A stretch of 62,508 nucleotides of DNA, counting the filler, from Squatina squatina (lineage: Eukaryota): NCBI GenBank assembly GCA_031763465.1. It is 4 parts of 4 records of this genome, joined end to end, with 100 filler letters (N's around TTAATTAATTAA, not from the genome) between each part and the next. Parts side by side here need not be neighbours in the genome. Positions count along the whole stretch, not along the records: positions 22,466 to 35,827 come from JARFOE010000079.1; 3 more parts are not named here. The stretch is one strand, 5' to 3'. The position numbers were made by a program, and so were the translations under genes. This document shows positions 24,241 through 35,883 of this stretch, one piece after another. The notes beneath the pieces were generated by a model. That model searched no databases. It had not been told where the DNA came from and was given only the letters and a program-made list of their open reading frames with translations. Position 1 is the first letter of the stretch; each line of letters starts with the position of its first letter.

Positions 24241-24372
24241 GGTCTTAGGTTTGAAGTGGTGCCTTCATGGTTTAAGGAGACACTTGACAAGTCCGCTTTT
24301 AAAATGCCATATGATTACGCAAAAGCAACTGCAAAGGAAAAAGCCCTCGAGGTGGCGAAAAGGATGCACTTG
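24241..24372 (+). CDS. ASMTL: ASMTL exon, Maf (nucleoside triphosphate pyrophosphatase) domain
   Basis: TTCTTGCAG acceptor, GTATGT donor, 132 nt, phase 0-0. GLRFEVVPSWFKETLDKSAFKMPYDYAKATAKEKALEVAKRMHL aligns with human ASMTL GLRFEVVPSKFKEKLDK..ETAKQKALEVA. Confidence 0.9.
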
Positions 24373-26393
24373 GTATGTAATAAAAAGCTGATCAAATTGT
24401 GTACCAGAAGTCCTGCAATTGTCCGCTTCCCCTATGTGGGAGTAACCAATATAATTGTTGTGTGGAAATTGTTTTGTAATCCGGCCCTTTCATTTTATCA
24501 ATGGGAAATTGCCATATGAATGCTTTAAAATAAATGGTTTAATACCTCTACTGAAATAGCGGAGAGAAAAATTTTAGACCAAGGGTCAGTATCTCCCACA
24601 GTGCTGTTAGGCAGGGAATTCCAGGATTGTGACCCAGCGATGATGAAGGAATGGCCAATATATTCCCAAGTCAGCATGGTGTGTAACTTGGAGGGGAAAT
24701 TGCAGGTGATGGTGTTCTCATGCGCCTGCTGCCCTTGTCCTTCAAGGTGGTAGAGGTCACGGGTTTGGGAGGTGAATGTGTAGATTTGAAATGGGGACAA
24801 AGTAGTATACACCTGACTCATCCCCAAATCTAGTTTAATACTGGAGGGAGGAAACTCTGGAAACCTATTTTGTTTCATCAACTAGGAAACGCGTGGGTGG
24901 GAATTCAAGTTCTTTCAGAGGGTTCCAGGAGAGGTAACTGTGAAGCAACAGGAATCTGAAAGGAACTCCAAGTGAAGCTGCACCCAAAAAGAATATCATT
25001 CAGTCAAGTAGTTACATGGGCGCATGGAACGACGATCACAGTGGGAGCTGAGAGTTTGTGACTGTGGCTGAAAAAGATTGGTTTAATATGTTCGATACAA
25101 TCTCAAGCAATAACTCAGGAAAAGAACCTTCAGTGGAAGTAGTATGATCAGATGACTAAAAAAAAAGGGAAGGAGATTGCTTGGCAATACCACCATACCA
25201 CCACACCAGCATAGGCCTTACACGCACTATGAGTCAACCTGGGGTATTAGTACACTGGCACCAGCTAAACCCATGAGATGACATCACGTGTATGATATTT
25301 AAACCAGATTTTAAAAAATAAGTTGAATGTGCCCTTGCAATGATACAGTTTTAGCAAAATATTTTTTGAAAAACTATTAAAATAATTATGGAATTGATTC
25401 CCTTTTGCATTTAACCCTGCCTCTTGCCACTCTGCCATTGTAAAGAACATGAAAAAATAAGGGGCCTGAAATTGCAGCCCCTACAGGTGCATACAAAGTT
25501 CCGGGTTTAGGTATGCACTGCGCATGCACCTAAACCCAGAAGCTGAAATCTGTCAAGATTTCTCTTGACAGGTCGCACACATCCCTGGGAGAAGGGCCTC
25601 CATAGGTGGAGAGTTAGGCTATTTGCCCAACTCCTGCCCAACGGAAGCCCTTTAAATTCTTATGCTGGTAAAACCAAGCACACAGGCCTGCTTTTACCAG
25701 CGTAAGAGTTTTAAAAAATAGAAAAATATATTTTTCAATTATTCATGTACTAAAAACCCTGCCCAGTAAGATAAATATATTTTTAGACACTTTAAAACAT
25801 TTTTTTAAAAATTCAAAAAAAATCTTTGTAGAAAATGTTTAATTAAATTGCGGTTTAATTAATTTTAATATTTGAATTTTTTTTTTNNNNNNNNNNNNNN
25901 NNNNNNNNNNNNNNNNNNNNNNNNNNNNNNNNNNNNNNNNNNNNNNNNNNNNNNNNNNNNNNNNNNNNNNNNNNNNNNNNNNNNNNATTAATTGCATAAC
26001 TCTACCAACGAGCCATCACAGGCACGATGGGCCATTTGGCCTCTTTCTGTGCAGTATGATTCTATAATCCTTATAGGGCCTTTCGCAACCTCAAGACGTC
26101 CTAAAGCGCTTTACAACCAACAAAGTACTTTTTGAAGAGCAGTCACTGTTGTAATGTATCTCTGAGCGTGATTTTCCGTGCACGGATTTTAATCGATCAA
26201 AGATCCCGGGCTCAGCATCACAGTTTTCCGAGAAGCACCCACTCCATAGCACCGCCCAATCGCTGAAGCTCCCCTTAAGTGACTTCACAATCAAATTGCA
26301 TTCCACTTCTCAGGTGATATCGGTTTGAAGGCAAAACTGCTGCACTGTGATGGCAATCCATGCGGTATAACCGCCCCAGTAACGGCTATAATT

Positions 26394-26500
26394 AAAAACA
26401 GAAAATGCTGGAATATCCTCAGCAGGTCTGACAGCCTCTGCGGAGAGAGAAACAGCGTTAGTGTTTTCAGGTCGATGACCTTTCATCAGAACTGGCAAAA
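26394..26500 (-). mobile_element. Penelope-like element terminal repeat fragment with hammerhead-like core
   Basis: Minus strand CCAGTT-CTGATGA-A-AGGTC-ATC-GACCT-GAAA..GACCTGCTGAG..TCCAGCATTTTCTGTTTTT. Confidence 0.65.
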
Positions 26501-26716
26501 GGATGTATGAATTTAAAATGGGGGAAGCCCAAGCCTCTTCTAATCTTGCTTCACGTCGAGACTGCACTTGGTTTTGACTCCCCATGTACAGGAGATATAT
26601 ATATAATATATATATATATAATATTTATTTAGGTGCACTTTGTATTGACATTCAGTCATTGGCCTAAATTGTCTCTACTGAGTTATTCAGCTTAAAAGTG
26701 TCACTTTAACTTTAAG

Positions 26717-26837
26717 CTTTTCTATCAACAGAATTCAGAACTTATGTCTGCAATTAACTGCCTTGTCAAAGTGACCGGAAAAGACGTTGTCACGGCATTT
26801 GATCTTTCATCATTTAAAACAGCTTGTGACTTAGGAG
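26717..26837 (+). CDS. ASMTL: ASMTL (or ASMT-type) exon, O-methyltransferase domain; acceptor could alternatively be at 26732
   Basis: Not in the ORF track. LFYQQNSELMSAINCLVKVTGKDVVTAFDLSSFKTACDLG(G)|GTATGA matches the AFxLSxFxxACDxGG SAM-binding motif exon of ASMT/ASMTL. Same strand as, and downstream of, the Maf exon. Confidence 0.75.
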
Positions 26838-28101
26838 GTATGAATGTTTTTAAAGTTTAATTTTACCTCTTTCTTAACGATTGGAACTTTTTAAGCTGGT
26901 AAATTTTTCTTGCCTCCCTCCCCACAAGTGACTTATTTTGTTGTACAGCAGTCTCAGCCTCAGCTCATCGGAAGTAAATTTGTAATAGGAAAGTAAAATG
27001 TGGTATTTGAACTTCAATCCCAGTGGTGTACATTTTGTTGTTCTTGGGTCGTGTCGGATGCTGGGCTGATGTGAATTGTTTATCCCTGGTTTCCCTGAGA
27101 AAGTGGTGGTGGGACTTCTCCTTGAATCACTGCAGCCCTTGTGATGGTTTATATAATCAGACAAAATAAGACAGCTTTTACTTTTGTAATTTGACCCCCT
27201 TTAATTTGCTCTGAGAATTTATTTTAATTATAGCCCTAACCAAGTGTCATCAGTACCATGTGTGATATGTTCATTCTTGTTCATCGTCCTTAAGACCTCG
27301 GTCATATACCAGGGCCTGACTAATTTCTTCTTTTCCAGAAGCAAGACAATCTGAAAGTGCCATTTTCTTAACTTAGCTACAATATAAAACTTGAGGAAAA
27401 ATTAAACAGCACNNNNNNNNNNNNNNNNNNNNNNNNNNNNNNNNNNNNNNNNNNNNNNNNNNNNNNNNNNNNNNNNNNNNNNNNNNNNNNNNNNNNNNNN
27501 NNNNNNNNNNNNATCTATCGATCTCAGCCTTGAATGTACTCAACGACTGAGCATCTACAGCCCTCTGGGGTAGAGGATTCCAAAGATTCACAAGCTGCTG
27601 TGTGAATAAATTTCTCCTCATCTCAGTCTTAAATGGCCGACCCCTTATCCAGAGACTAGTAGGTCAGTGGGCACAAGGGTGATGGGTGAACGAGACTCGG
27701 TGCGAGTTAGGACACGCTCATTATGAGACAGGCCGTATCTAGGAGGNNNNNNNNNNAGTAAAACATGTGGGTGATACTGGCTCCCCACCAAGCGATCTGG
27801 CACAAGACTCATTTCATTCTTCTAAAACCACCTTGCCTTCTACCCGAGATGCCAACTTCACACAGTTAGTACAGAAACTCCAAGGGGGTCATTTTAACTT
27901 TTGTCTCCCAGCGAAAACAAGTGATAGCGAATGGGGCACCCTTTTTAAATCATGGCCGATTTTCCAATTTCTAAACCAGCGTGTTTTTGCCTCTTTTTAG
28001 GAGTTCAGTGGTAGGTCAAGTTAAGAGGCATGTATGTCTCCATTTCAGTTTATAAACAATACACCTTCACTTATTAACCCTGTTTGTATGATCTCTTAAA
28101 G

Positions 28102-28244
28102 TTAAGATGAATCCACCCACAGATATTAAGATCGCCCCCGGACGTTTAGGAGAGTACATAGTCTCTTGGAGTGGAAACTACACAAATGAAAGCAATATCT
28201 GGTACCAGCTTGACTACAGATACCTGGATGCAAGTGATGAGGAG
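28102..28244 (+). CDS. Class I cytokine receptor-like FN3 exon (possibly CRLF2/TSLPR-like)
   Basis: AAG acceptor, GTAGAT donor, phase 1-0. xKMNPPTDIKIAPGRLGEYIVSWSGNYTNESNIWYQLDYRYLDASDEE shows the K-x-x-PP, V-S-W and Y-x-L-x-YR pattern of the membrane-proximal FN3 domain, with N-glycosylation sequons NYT and NES. Confidence 0.6.
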
Positions 28245-28439
28245 GTAGATTTTATGCAATCTCAGAGTCTTTTAAATAAGGTTTTCCTCTTTCAGAACTT
28301 TCTGGAAGGTCACATGAGTCAAAGTGGCCTTTTTCATTCCCATATATTCCTATCTTCCTAAGCTTAAGGGCTTAGTGAGGTATATAGCTCATGATTTGCT
28401 TTATAATCCAGTTTTTATTTGAAAAGTTGTCATTGTTGC

Positions 28440-28790
28440 ATCGAGTCTACGGAACAGAAAGAGGCCATTCGGCCCAGCTGGTCTAGGCTGGTGTTTATGC
28501 TCCATAAGAGCCTCCTCCCATCTTACTTTATCTTATCTTATAAGCATATCCTTCCATCCCTTTCTCCCTTATGTACTTATCTAGCGTCCCCTTTAATGCA
28601 GCTATGCTAATTGCCTCAACTATGATAGCAAGCTCCATGTTCTAACCACTCTCTGGGTAAAGAAGTTCCACTTGAATTCCCTGTTGGATTTCTTTGTGAC
28701 TATTTATAGACCGTAGTTTTGGTCTCCCCAAGAGGAAACAATTTCTCCATATCTACATGATCAAAACCTTTCAGAATCTTATGTATCTAT
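28440..28790 (-). mobile_element. CR1 3' end fragment
   Basis: Same family as 40655-41030 (ACAGAAAGAGGCCATTCGGCCC..TCAAAACCTTTCA). Confidence 0.8.
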
Positions 28791-29352
28791 ATGTACACTA
28801 GCACAAAATAGCGCCTACAGGAGAAAAGTTTTTAAAAAAGCCAAATCTACCAAGGATAATCGGGAACACTGGCGATACCCGAATGAGATGATCCAACAAG
28901 CTGTTACTATTTCCCGAGGGCCGCTGTTCAAGAATGCTGTTGCACAGCACAGTATCGTATTGTTGCATGCTATTGATACAACCATGCAATAGGATAAAGG
29001 TTCTGTGCCAGCGTTCCTTGCATGGTGAGCTCCTGACTTCAATACTGCAACAAAAAGTAGTAGCCAAGTGAAGGCTAAGCACTTGGTTACAAGAAGGGAG
29101 ACAGGAAAAAAAATGCAAACCGCCGTGAGCCGTTCACACACACGCATTTGCTGCTGTTACAATGTGGCATTGGTGATGCCCAAGGCTCTAGGCCCAGTTC
29201 CTCACAGAGAATGTGTATAATGAGGGAAGGAATTTGGAAAAACAGTTAAAATATGTTGTGAGCCTCACTATTTACATACATGACTTTCAGTGATGATCTG
29301 GTCAAACTGCCAGGTGAGGGCTGATCCATCAAATTCACTTTATCTGACTCAC

Positions 29353-29469
29353 CTTCTTGTGCTCCTCCAGGTCCCGATTGTTGAGAAGTGCGTGGTTGAT
29401 TCGGAATACTATCCAGTCAAACAGTGCACTGTACAGTGACTTGGCCATGGAGTCACGCACAGTTATCGC
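29353..29469 (-). CDS. MYO9A: Class IX myosin motor-domain exon, closest to MYO9A
   Basis: TTACAG acceptor, GTGAGT donor, 117 nt, phase 0-0. [39 protein letters not shown]; [11 protein letters not shown] favours MYO9A over MYO9B. Confidence 0.8.
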
Positions 29470-30479
29470 CTGTAACACAAACAAATTAACAATTACTGAC
29501 CAGGCCACATTCAGAGTATAAACTGAAAACAATATGGTGGAAATTTGCAGATACCGTGAATGGTTCCTTTATCAATTTATTTTAAAATTCTCACTTTTAC
29601 CTATCATAGGAGAGCTTACAGTATGGCAGAGAAAAGGCTGCTGTAGCCAGAATGCTAGTACAACAGCTTGTATATGGCCCCTCACAACTTTAGCTGCTAG
29701 TGTGGTTTGTTAATTGTCANNNNNNNNNNNNNNNNNNNNNNNNNNNNNNNNNNNNNNNNNNNNNNNNNNNNNNNNNNNNNNNNNNNNNNNNNNNNNNNNN
29801 NNNNNNNNNNNNNNNNNNNCTGAACATGCAGCAACATGTTATGCATAATAAACATTGCATGTATTTATGTAACATCCCAGTATGGCTATGGCTCATTGAC
29901 TTGTACAAAAGTTGGTTATTTCCCTTTATGAAAACATTGCGAAAGGACACCTTTGCCATTTCTTTTAGAAAATCAGAATGAGGGTTATTAGCATACTGTC
30001 AGCAAACACACAGGATACAATGCATCACTTCCAATCTGGGCAGTCTGATAACATGTATGAGTAGTCCCTGGTGATGTCTCTCCCCCTAAACTAATGGCAA
30101 GTCTTCATTCCTGAACAACTGGTGAGGTCAGGTGTGAAATCAATATACCCATCAATCAGCATCGTCCAAATGAGGCATTTGGGAGATTGTTCTGGCCATC
30201 CTCTGCCAAATTAGAAAATGGAACTCAAGCTACAAGATTCTATCATAAAAATATCGAATCTCAGTTTAAACTTGGGTGACTGTAAGAATGACATTTCCAT
30301 GATTTCACAATATAAAACAGTGACTAAGAAAAGCCCAACCAGTCATCTACATCTATGACAAGGAACAGTGTAAACAAATCTTATGTGGAGTCCAAGCATA
30401 TATTGTTTATTGGTTCCTTCAACTTGCCCAATCAAGAAACCATGAAAAATCTCATGCTCTCTACAACAATATGCTCCTC

Positions 30480-30965
30480 ACAACAACACCAATTTGTATT
30501 TATATAGCACCTTTAAGGTAATCAAAAGTCCCATGGCACTTCACAGGATTATTATGAGACAAAAAATTATACCAAGCCACATATGCAGAAATTAGAGCAG
30601 GTGACCAAAAGCTTGGCTAATGAGATAGGATTTAAGGAGCGTCTTGAAGAAGAAAAGAGAGAGGTGGAGAGGTTTAGGCAGGGAATTCCACAGCTTGGGG
30701 CCGAGCCAACAGAAGGTACGGCAGCAATGGTTAAGCGATTATAATCAGGGATGCTCAAGAATGCAGAATTAGAGAAGCTCAGGCATCTCAGGGGGTTGTG
30801 AGGCTGAAGGAGATTACAGAGATAGGGAGGGACGAGGCCTTGGAGTAATTTGAAAACAAGGAGGAGAATTTTGAAAGTGAGGCATTGCTTAACCAGGAGC
30901 CAATGCAGGTCAGCAAGCACAGGGGTGATGGATGAGCGGGACGTGGTGCAAGTTAGGGTACGGGT
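30480..30965 (-). mobile_element. L2-clade LINE 3' fragment
   Basis: SITPVLADLHWLLVKQCLTFKILLLVFK..PPYLCNLL is the L2 ORF2 C-terminal motif, with (TTG)n-type tail. Confidence 0.85.
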
Positions 30966-30989
30966 AATCAAATTGGAAATGGTAGCCAT

Positions 30990-31332
30990 GAGAATGAATT
31001 TATAGAGTGCGTTTGGGATTGTTTCTAGAGCAATATGTTGTGGAGCTGACCAGGGAACAGGCTATCCTGGATCTGGTAATGAGCCAGGTTTAATAAATGA
31101 GCTCAGAGTAAAGGATCCCCTCGGAAATAGTGATCATAACATGGTAGACTTTAACATTCAGTTTAAAAGTGAGGAACTTGGGTCAGAAACAACAGTGTTC
31201 AACTTAAGTAAGGGGAATTACAAAGGAATGAGGACAGAGTTGGCTAATGTGGACAGGGCAAATAGATTAGCAGATAAGACAGTAGAGAAGCAATGGCAGA
31301 CATTCAAGGAGATAATTCATGACTCTCAGCAA
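30990..31332 (+). mobile_element. CR1 ORF2 endonuclease/tether fragment
   Basis: PLGNSDHNMVDFNI..KGNYKGMRTELA..VEKQWQTFKEII. Confidence 0.85.
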
Positions 31333-31607
31333 NNNNNNNNNNNNNNNNNNNNNNNNNNNNNNNNNNNNNNNNNNNNNNNNNNNNNNNNNNNNNNNNNNNN
31401 NNNNNNNNNNNNNNNNNNNNNNNNNNNNNNNNCCCTGGTAATGCTAGTGGGGCTATAAAAAGGGGCATTTTTGCCCCCAATATCATAGATGTAACCAGAT
31501 CAATCTGGCACATTTTCACCTGGAACTTTTAAAAGAGAAAGCAGCATAAGGAACTATTTGAAGCGGGAGCACAGGAGAAAGATGATGCAATGAAAAGAAA
31601 ACACAAT

Positions 31608-31780
31608 GGAGATAACTTTGACTTTGGGCGATAGTGTTAAATGGACGATATTGATTCAGCTGCCCATTAAACATCGCTGCTGATTTTCACTTCCATTGAG
31701 TCAAATTAGGAGAGATGTATAATGGGTGGCTGATCAATATTGTCCATTTTACATTGTTGCCCCAAGTCAAAATAATGCCC
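31608..31780. mobile_element. Non-autonomous DNA element (PIF/Harbinger-type MITE) with AAT target-site duplication
   Basis: Imperfect terminal inverted repeats (..TTTGACTTTGGGCGATAGTG / CATTGTTGCCCCAAGTCAAA..); AAT at 31605-31607 and 31781-31783. Confidence 0.7.
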
Positions 31781-31879
31781 AATGTGTATGACAAAACCAG
31801 CCAAATTGTACTTCTTAGTAAGAATTTCCCATCTCGGTTCAAAAATGTATCATATATAACTTAATATATATCACTTCGT

Positions 31880-32290
31880 GCCTATACTCTCTGGAGTTTA
31901 AAGCAAGGAGAGGTGATCTCGTTGAAATATACAAGATTCTGAGGGGGATTGACAGATTAGATGTTGAGAGGTTGTTTCCCCTGGCTGGATAGTCTAGAAT
32001 TAGGGGGCATAGTCTCAGGATAAGGGGTTGGCCATTTAAGACTGGGATGAGGAGGAATTTCTTAATTGAGGGTTGTGAATCTTTGGAACTCTACCCCAAA
32101 CGGCTGTAGCTGCTGAATTGTTGAGTATATTCAAGGCTGAGCTAGGTAGATTTTTGACTCTAGGGAAATGCAAGGATATGGAGATCGGGTAGGAAAGTGG
32201 AGTTGAGATCAAAGATCAGCCATGATTTTATTGAATGACGGGGCAGACTCGAAGGGCCGTATGGCTGATTCCTGCTGCTAATTCTTATGT
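31880..32290 (+). mobile_element. CR1 3' fragment
   Basis: RGDLVEIYKILRGIDRLDVERLFPL-like coding remnant and CR1 3' UTR ending CTTATGTT. Confidence 0.85.
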
Positions 32291-32299
32291 TAATTACTT

Positions 32300-32571
32300 G
32301 TGAAGCACTGTTATATATGTCTTTCACATCCTAAGTGTCCCACAGCATTTCATAGCAAATTAATTTACTTTTTGAAGTATAGTTGCTGTTGTTCTGCAGG
32401 CAAACACGGCTGCCAATACGTACACAGCAAGATCCCATAAAAAGCAGCGAGATAAATGACCAATTAACCTGTTTTGGTAGTATTGGTTAACAGATGAATG
32501 TTATCCAGGATACTCGAAGAACTTTCCTGTTCCTCTTCAAATAGTGCCACAGCATCTTTTGCGCCCACTTG
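32300..32571 (-). mobile_element. SacSINE1-like fragment
   Basis: Similar to the 3' half of the other Deu-SINE copies (CTCTTCAAATAGTGCCA). Confidence 0.7.
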
Positions 32572-33179
32572 ANNNNNNNNNNNNNNNNNNNNNNNNNNNN
32601 NNNNNNNNNNNNNNNNNNNNNNNNNNNNNNNNNNNNNNNNNNNNNNNNNNNNNNNNNNNNNNNNNNNNNNNNACTTTTCTAAGCTTTGAATTTGGGAGGA
32701 CTCTGTCGGCACAAAGTTTGGGGACTTTTGAAAAGGAGCACCAATGAGGTGTTGAGCGCACTGATGACATCATCAGAGGCGCAAACACAATGTCCCCTGG
32801 CTCCGGAGGCGCTAAAATTTAGCGCCTAAAGTTCTGCCCTAGCGAATTTCACAGGAGGCCCAGTCACACACTGCCCTGGTGGTCCAACAGATGCAATCAG
32901 AGGCCTTGCAGAGAGAGCAGCGGCCCTCCCCTTTAAGCAAAGGGGAGGGCTGTTGAAGCACACCAACATTATGCGGAGTATTCACGTAGAGCTGCCGATC
33001 GTGCCCCGTTAGCGCCGCTAGTCCCACCTCTAAAGGAAGTGGAACGCACGCGATTGCGCTCCACATCCTTTGAGGAGCGGTAAGCGCCGGGAGCAGTAAA
33101 TCATGCCCTGAGTGAGTTACCGCCCCCAGTCGGGGTGCAGGGCAATTTTGCCCCCTGTATAAATATAAGTGGTTATTGG

Positions 33180-33620
33180 GGTTTACCAAGCTCACCAGAT
33201 TGATGCCTGGGCTAAAACGGTTAAATTATGGGAACATGTTGCATGGACTAGGCTTGGGGGATGGTCAAAATGAGTCGATCAAAGGAGTTGATTGGGTAGA
33301 TGGGGAGAAACTGTTTCATCTGGTGGGGGAATCCAGAACAAGAACCTTAAAATTAGAGCCAGGTCACTCAGGGGTGATGTCAAAAAGCACTTCTTCATAC
33401 AAAGGATAGTGGAAAGCTGGAACTCTCTCCCCCAGAAAATCTGCTAAGGTTGGGGGTCAATTGAAAATTTGAAAACTGAGATTGGTGGATTTTCATTGTT
33501 TAAGGGTATTAAGGGTTACGGAATCAAGGCGGGTAATAGGATAACAGATCAGCCATGATTTAATTGAATGGAAAACAGGCTTGAGGGGCTGAATAGCTTA
33601 CTCCTGTTGCTATGTTCCTC
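33180..33620 (+). mobile_element. CR1 3' fragment
   Basis: FTKLTRLMPGLKRLNY..DGEKLFHLVGESRTR plus 3' UTR ending CTATGTTCCT. Confidence 0.85.
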
Positions 33621-35579
33621 TGTAGGTGTCCAAGATGACAGTCTCCATTATAATCTTCTTGAGAGGGAGACCTCTATCGATGGACCCAAGCATCTGAGCA
33701 TGTCCAGCACAAAGCAAAGAAGTTAATCTTTATCAAGATAAATCCTGTCGTCTTAGATACCTGTGCAACATGAACAGGGAGTTGACTGTTGAGTTGCATA
33801 GCGAACATCTATTTAATGTACCATTAAACTAGGATTTAAATGGCTATATAAATACAAATTATAATACAAATATGTTAAATGATGCAAAATTGCAGTAATT
33901 CATCAAATGATTTACCTCCTGGGGCAAGTTAAATTAAAGCCATGATGGAGTTATTTCCTTACATAGACTTCAATATTGTGTTCCAGATGTTTGCTGTTAC
34001 CACAAAAGCATTCAGTTGAATTCTCTAGTAATAGCTGCTGATGGTGGTTCTGTTCTGATCAGTTATATGCCTGTTTGCTTCCAAGACATTTGTTTCATTT
34101 GTACAAAACACACACCCAGGAGAAATTTATAATGCAATGGTTGTAACACAATCGAGGTATTGAGATGATGTTCTAAACTGACAAGAGTCAAGTATTGGCA
34201 TTGTCTGAGACTGAACTTTAACTCACTCCTAAGGTAGTTGTTATTTTAGGAGATTATGAACACATTTTTGAATATTTTAGGTGCCGATGTTGTTTGAGGT
34301 CGAATGGTGTGTGAACATTGGGAGATGTAGAAGCTGGTTGAGGTTATTGGCGTTGGAATGAATAAGCCAACCGGGCAGTAGAATCAGAGACAAAGATCTA
34401 AATAAAGTTGGAGNNNNNNNNNNNNNNNNNNNNNNNNNNNNNNNNNNNNNNNNNNNNNNNNNNNNNNNNNNNNNNNNNNNNNNNNNNNNNNNNNNNNNNN
34501 NNNNNNNNNNNNNGGTTATCTCACTGAAGCTGCCAACACAGTGCCAATTAGCAGCGGTAAATTCCTGGCTTGAACCCACAGGAAAGTGGATTTAGACTAT
34601 CCAATCTCATTGTGCAGCACAGGGACAAACACCTTCCTCCATCAGTCGGTGTTAGATCTGAACCCACGTTCCAGAGGTGAAAGGGTGGAGGTGAATGTGC
34701 TGCCAATCCCCTGAAAGGTTGCTTTTACTGATCTTACCAGCGTTCAGGGCTCTACTACAGCAAGCATTTGCTTCATAATTAACCTCAGAACAGTGCGACG
34801 TTCTGGGAATAGTAGTTTGCAGCACACAGTTAACCCAATTCAGAAGCAAACAGACTTGTTAACAAGTACTCATGTATGTGCAATTCCAGTGGGAGTATGT
34901 ATACAGCTTTTGCACCACTTACTGCATGTACAGGTCCTATGACTGACAGGATGGTGAACTTTGGGGCAGTGGTGGGGGGCGGGGTGTAAGGATGATGAAT
35001 TTCATCTTTCTATCTATGAACCAATACATTACTACAGGTATTTGATATAAACAATAAAAATGACATGAACTGTTGAGGAAAATTGGAATTAGATTTTGTG
35101 TTCGCGTTATTAAATAATGCTTAAGAGTAGGGATCGATCTGGGGCAGCACCATTTTGTTCAACATACATTTTATATAACACAAGATATATGTATATAATT
35201 ATAGATGAATATGTACAAAGATATTTTTCGATCTTTAGAAAGAAAACGTATCTTCTATCACCAAAGGAGATTTATCGGCTCAGCTTGCCTCACCACTTTA
35301 CTGACTTTACTGACAGAAAGGAGTCTTGGGCCACATCCATTGAAACCAATTGAGGGCTGAGTCCTCATCGGGTGATGCCTCTCTCTGGGAAAACATTGTA
35401 CAAGTGTATTCCCTCAGACTGGTTCAAAGTCACACAGTCTGTGACCCTTTTAGTACAAACATCAACCAGTACTGTTAGATATGAATTTTTTTTAAATTAT
35501 AGACAGGGGATGCTTCGAACAAGAAATATGCCGGAGAAGCTCTCCTCCCTCTTTAAGTTAATGCAATGAATAACTGCGC

Positions 35580-35827
35580 TACAACAACAACAATTCGCAT
35601 TCATATAGCGCATCTAAGGCAGTAAAACATCCCAAGGCACGTAATCAGATAAAGACAGACACCAAACACAAAGAAGCAGACATTAGGACAGGTGACCAAA
35701 TGCCCGGTTAAAGAGGTAGGTTTTAACCAGCGTTTTAAATGAGGAAAGAGAGGGAAAGTGGCAGAGGGGTTGAGTGAAGGTAACCCAGAGGTTGGGGCCT
35801 AGGCAGCTGAAGTATGGCCACCAATGG
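35580..35827 (-). mobile_element. L2 3' end fragment
   Basis: Same family as 30480-30965 (ACAACAACAA tail, GGTGACCAAA, AAGAGGTAGGTTTTAA). Confidence 0.75.
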
Positions 35828-35871
35828 NNNNNNNNNNNNNNNNNNNNNNNNNNNNNNNNNNNNNNNNNNNN

Positions 35872-35883
35872 TTAATTAATTAA
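35872..35883. other. Artificial scaffold linker TTAATTAATTAA
   Basis: 44N+12+44N construct. Confidence 0.95.
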
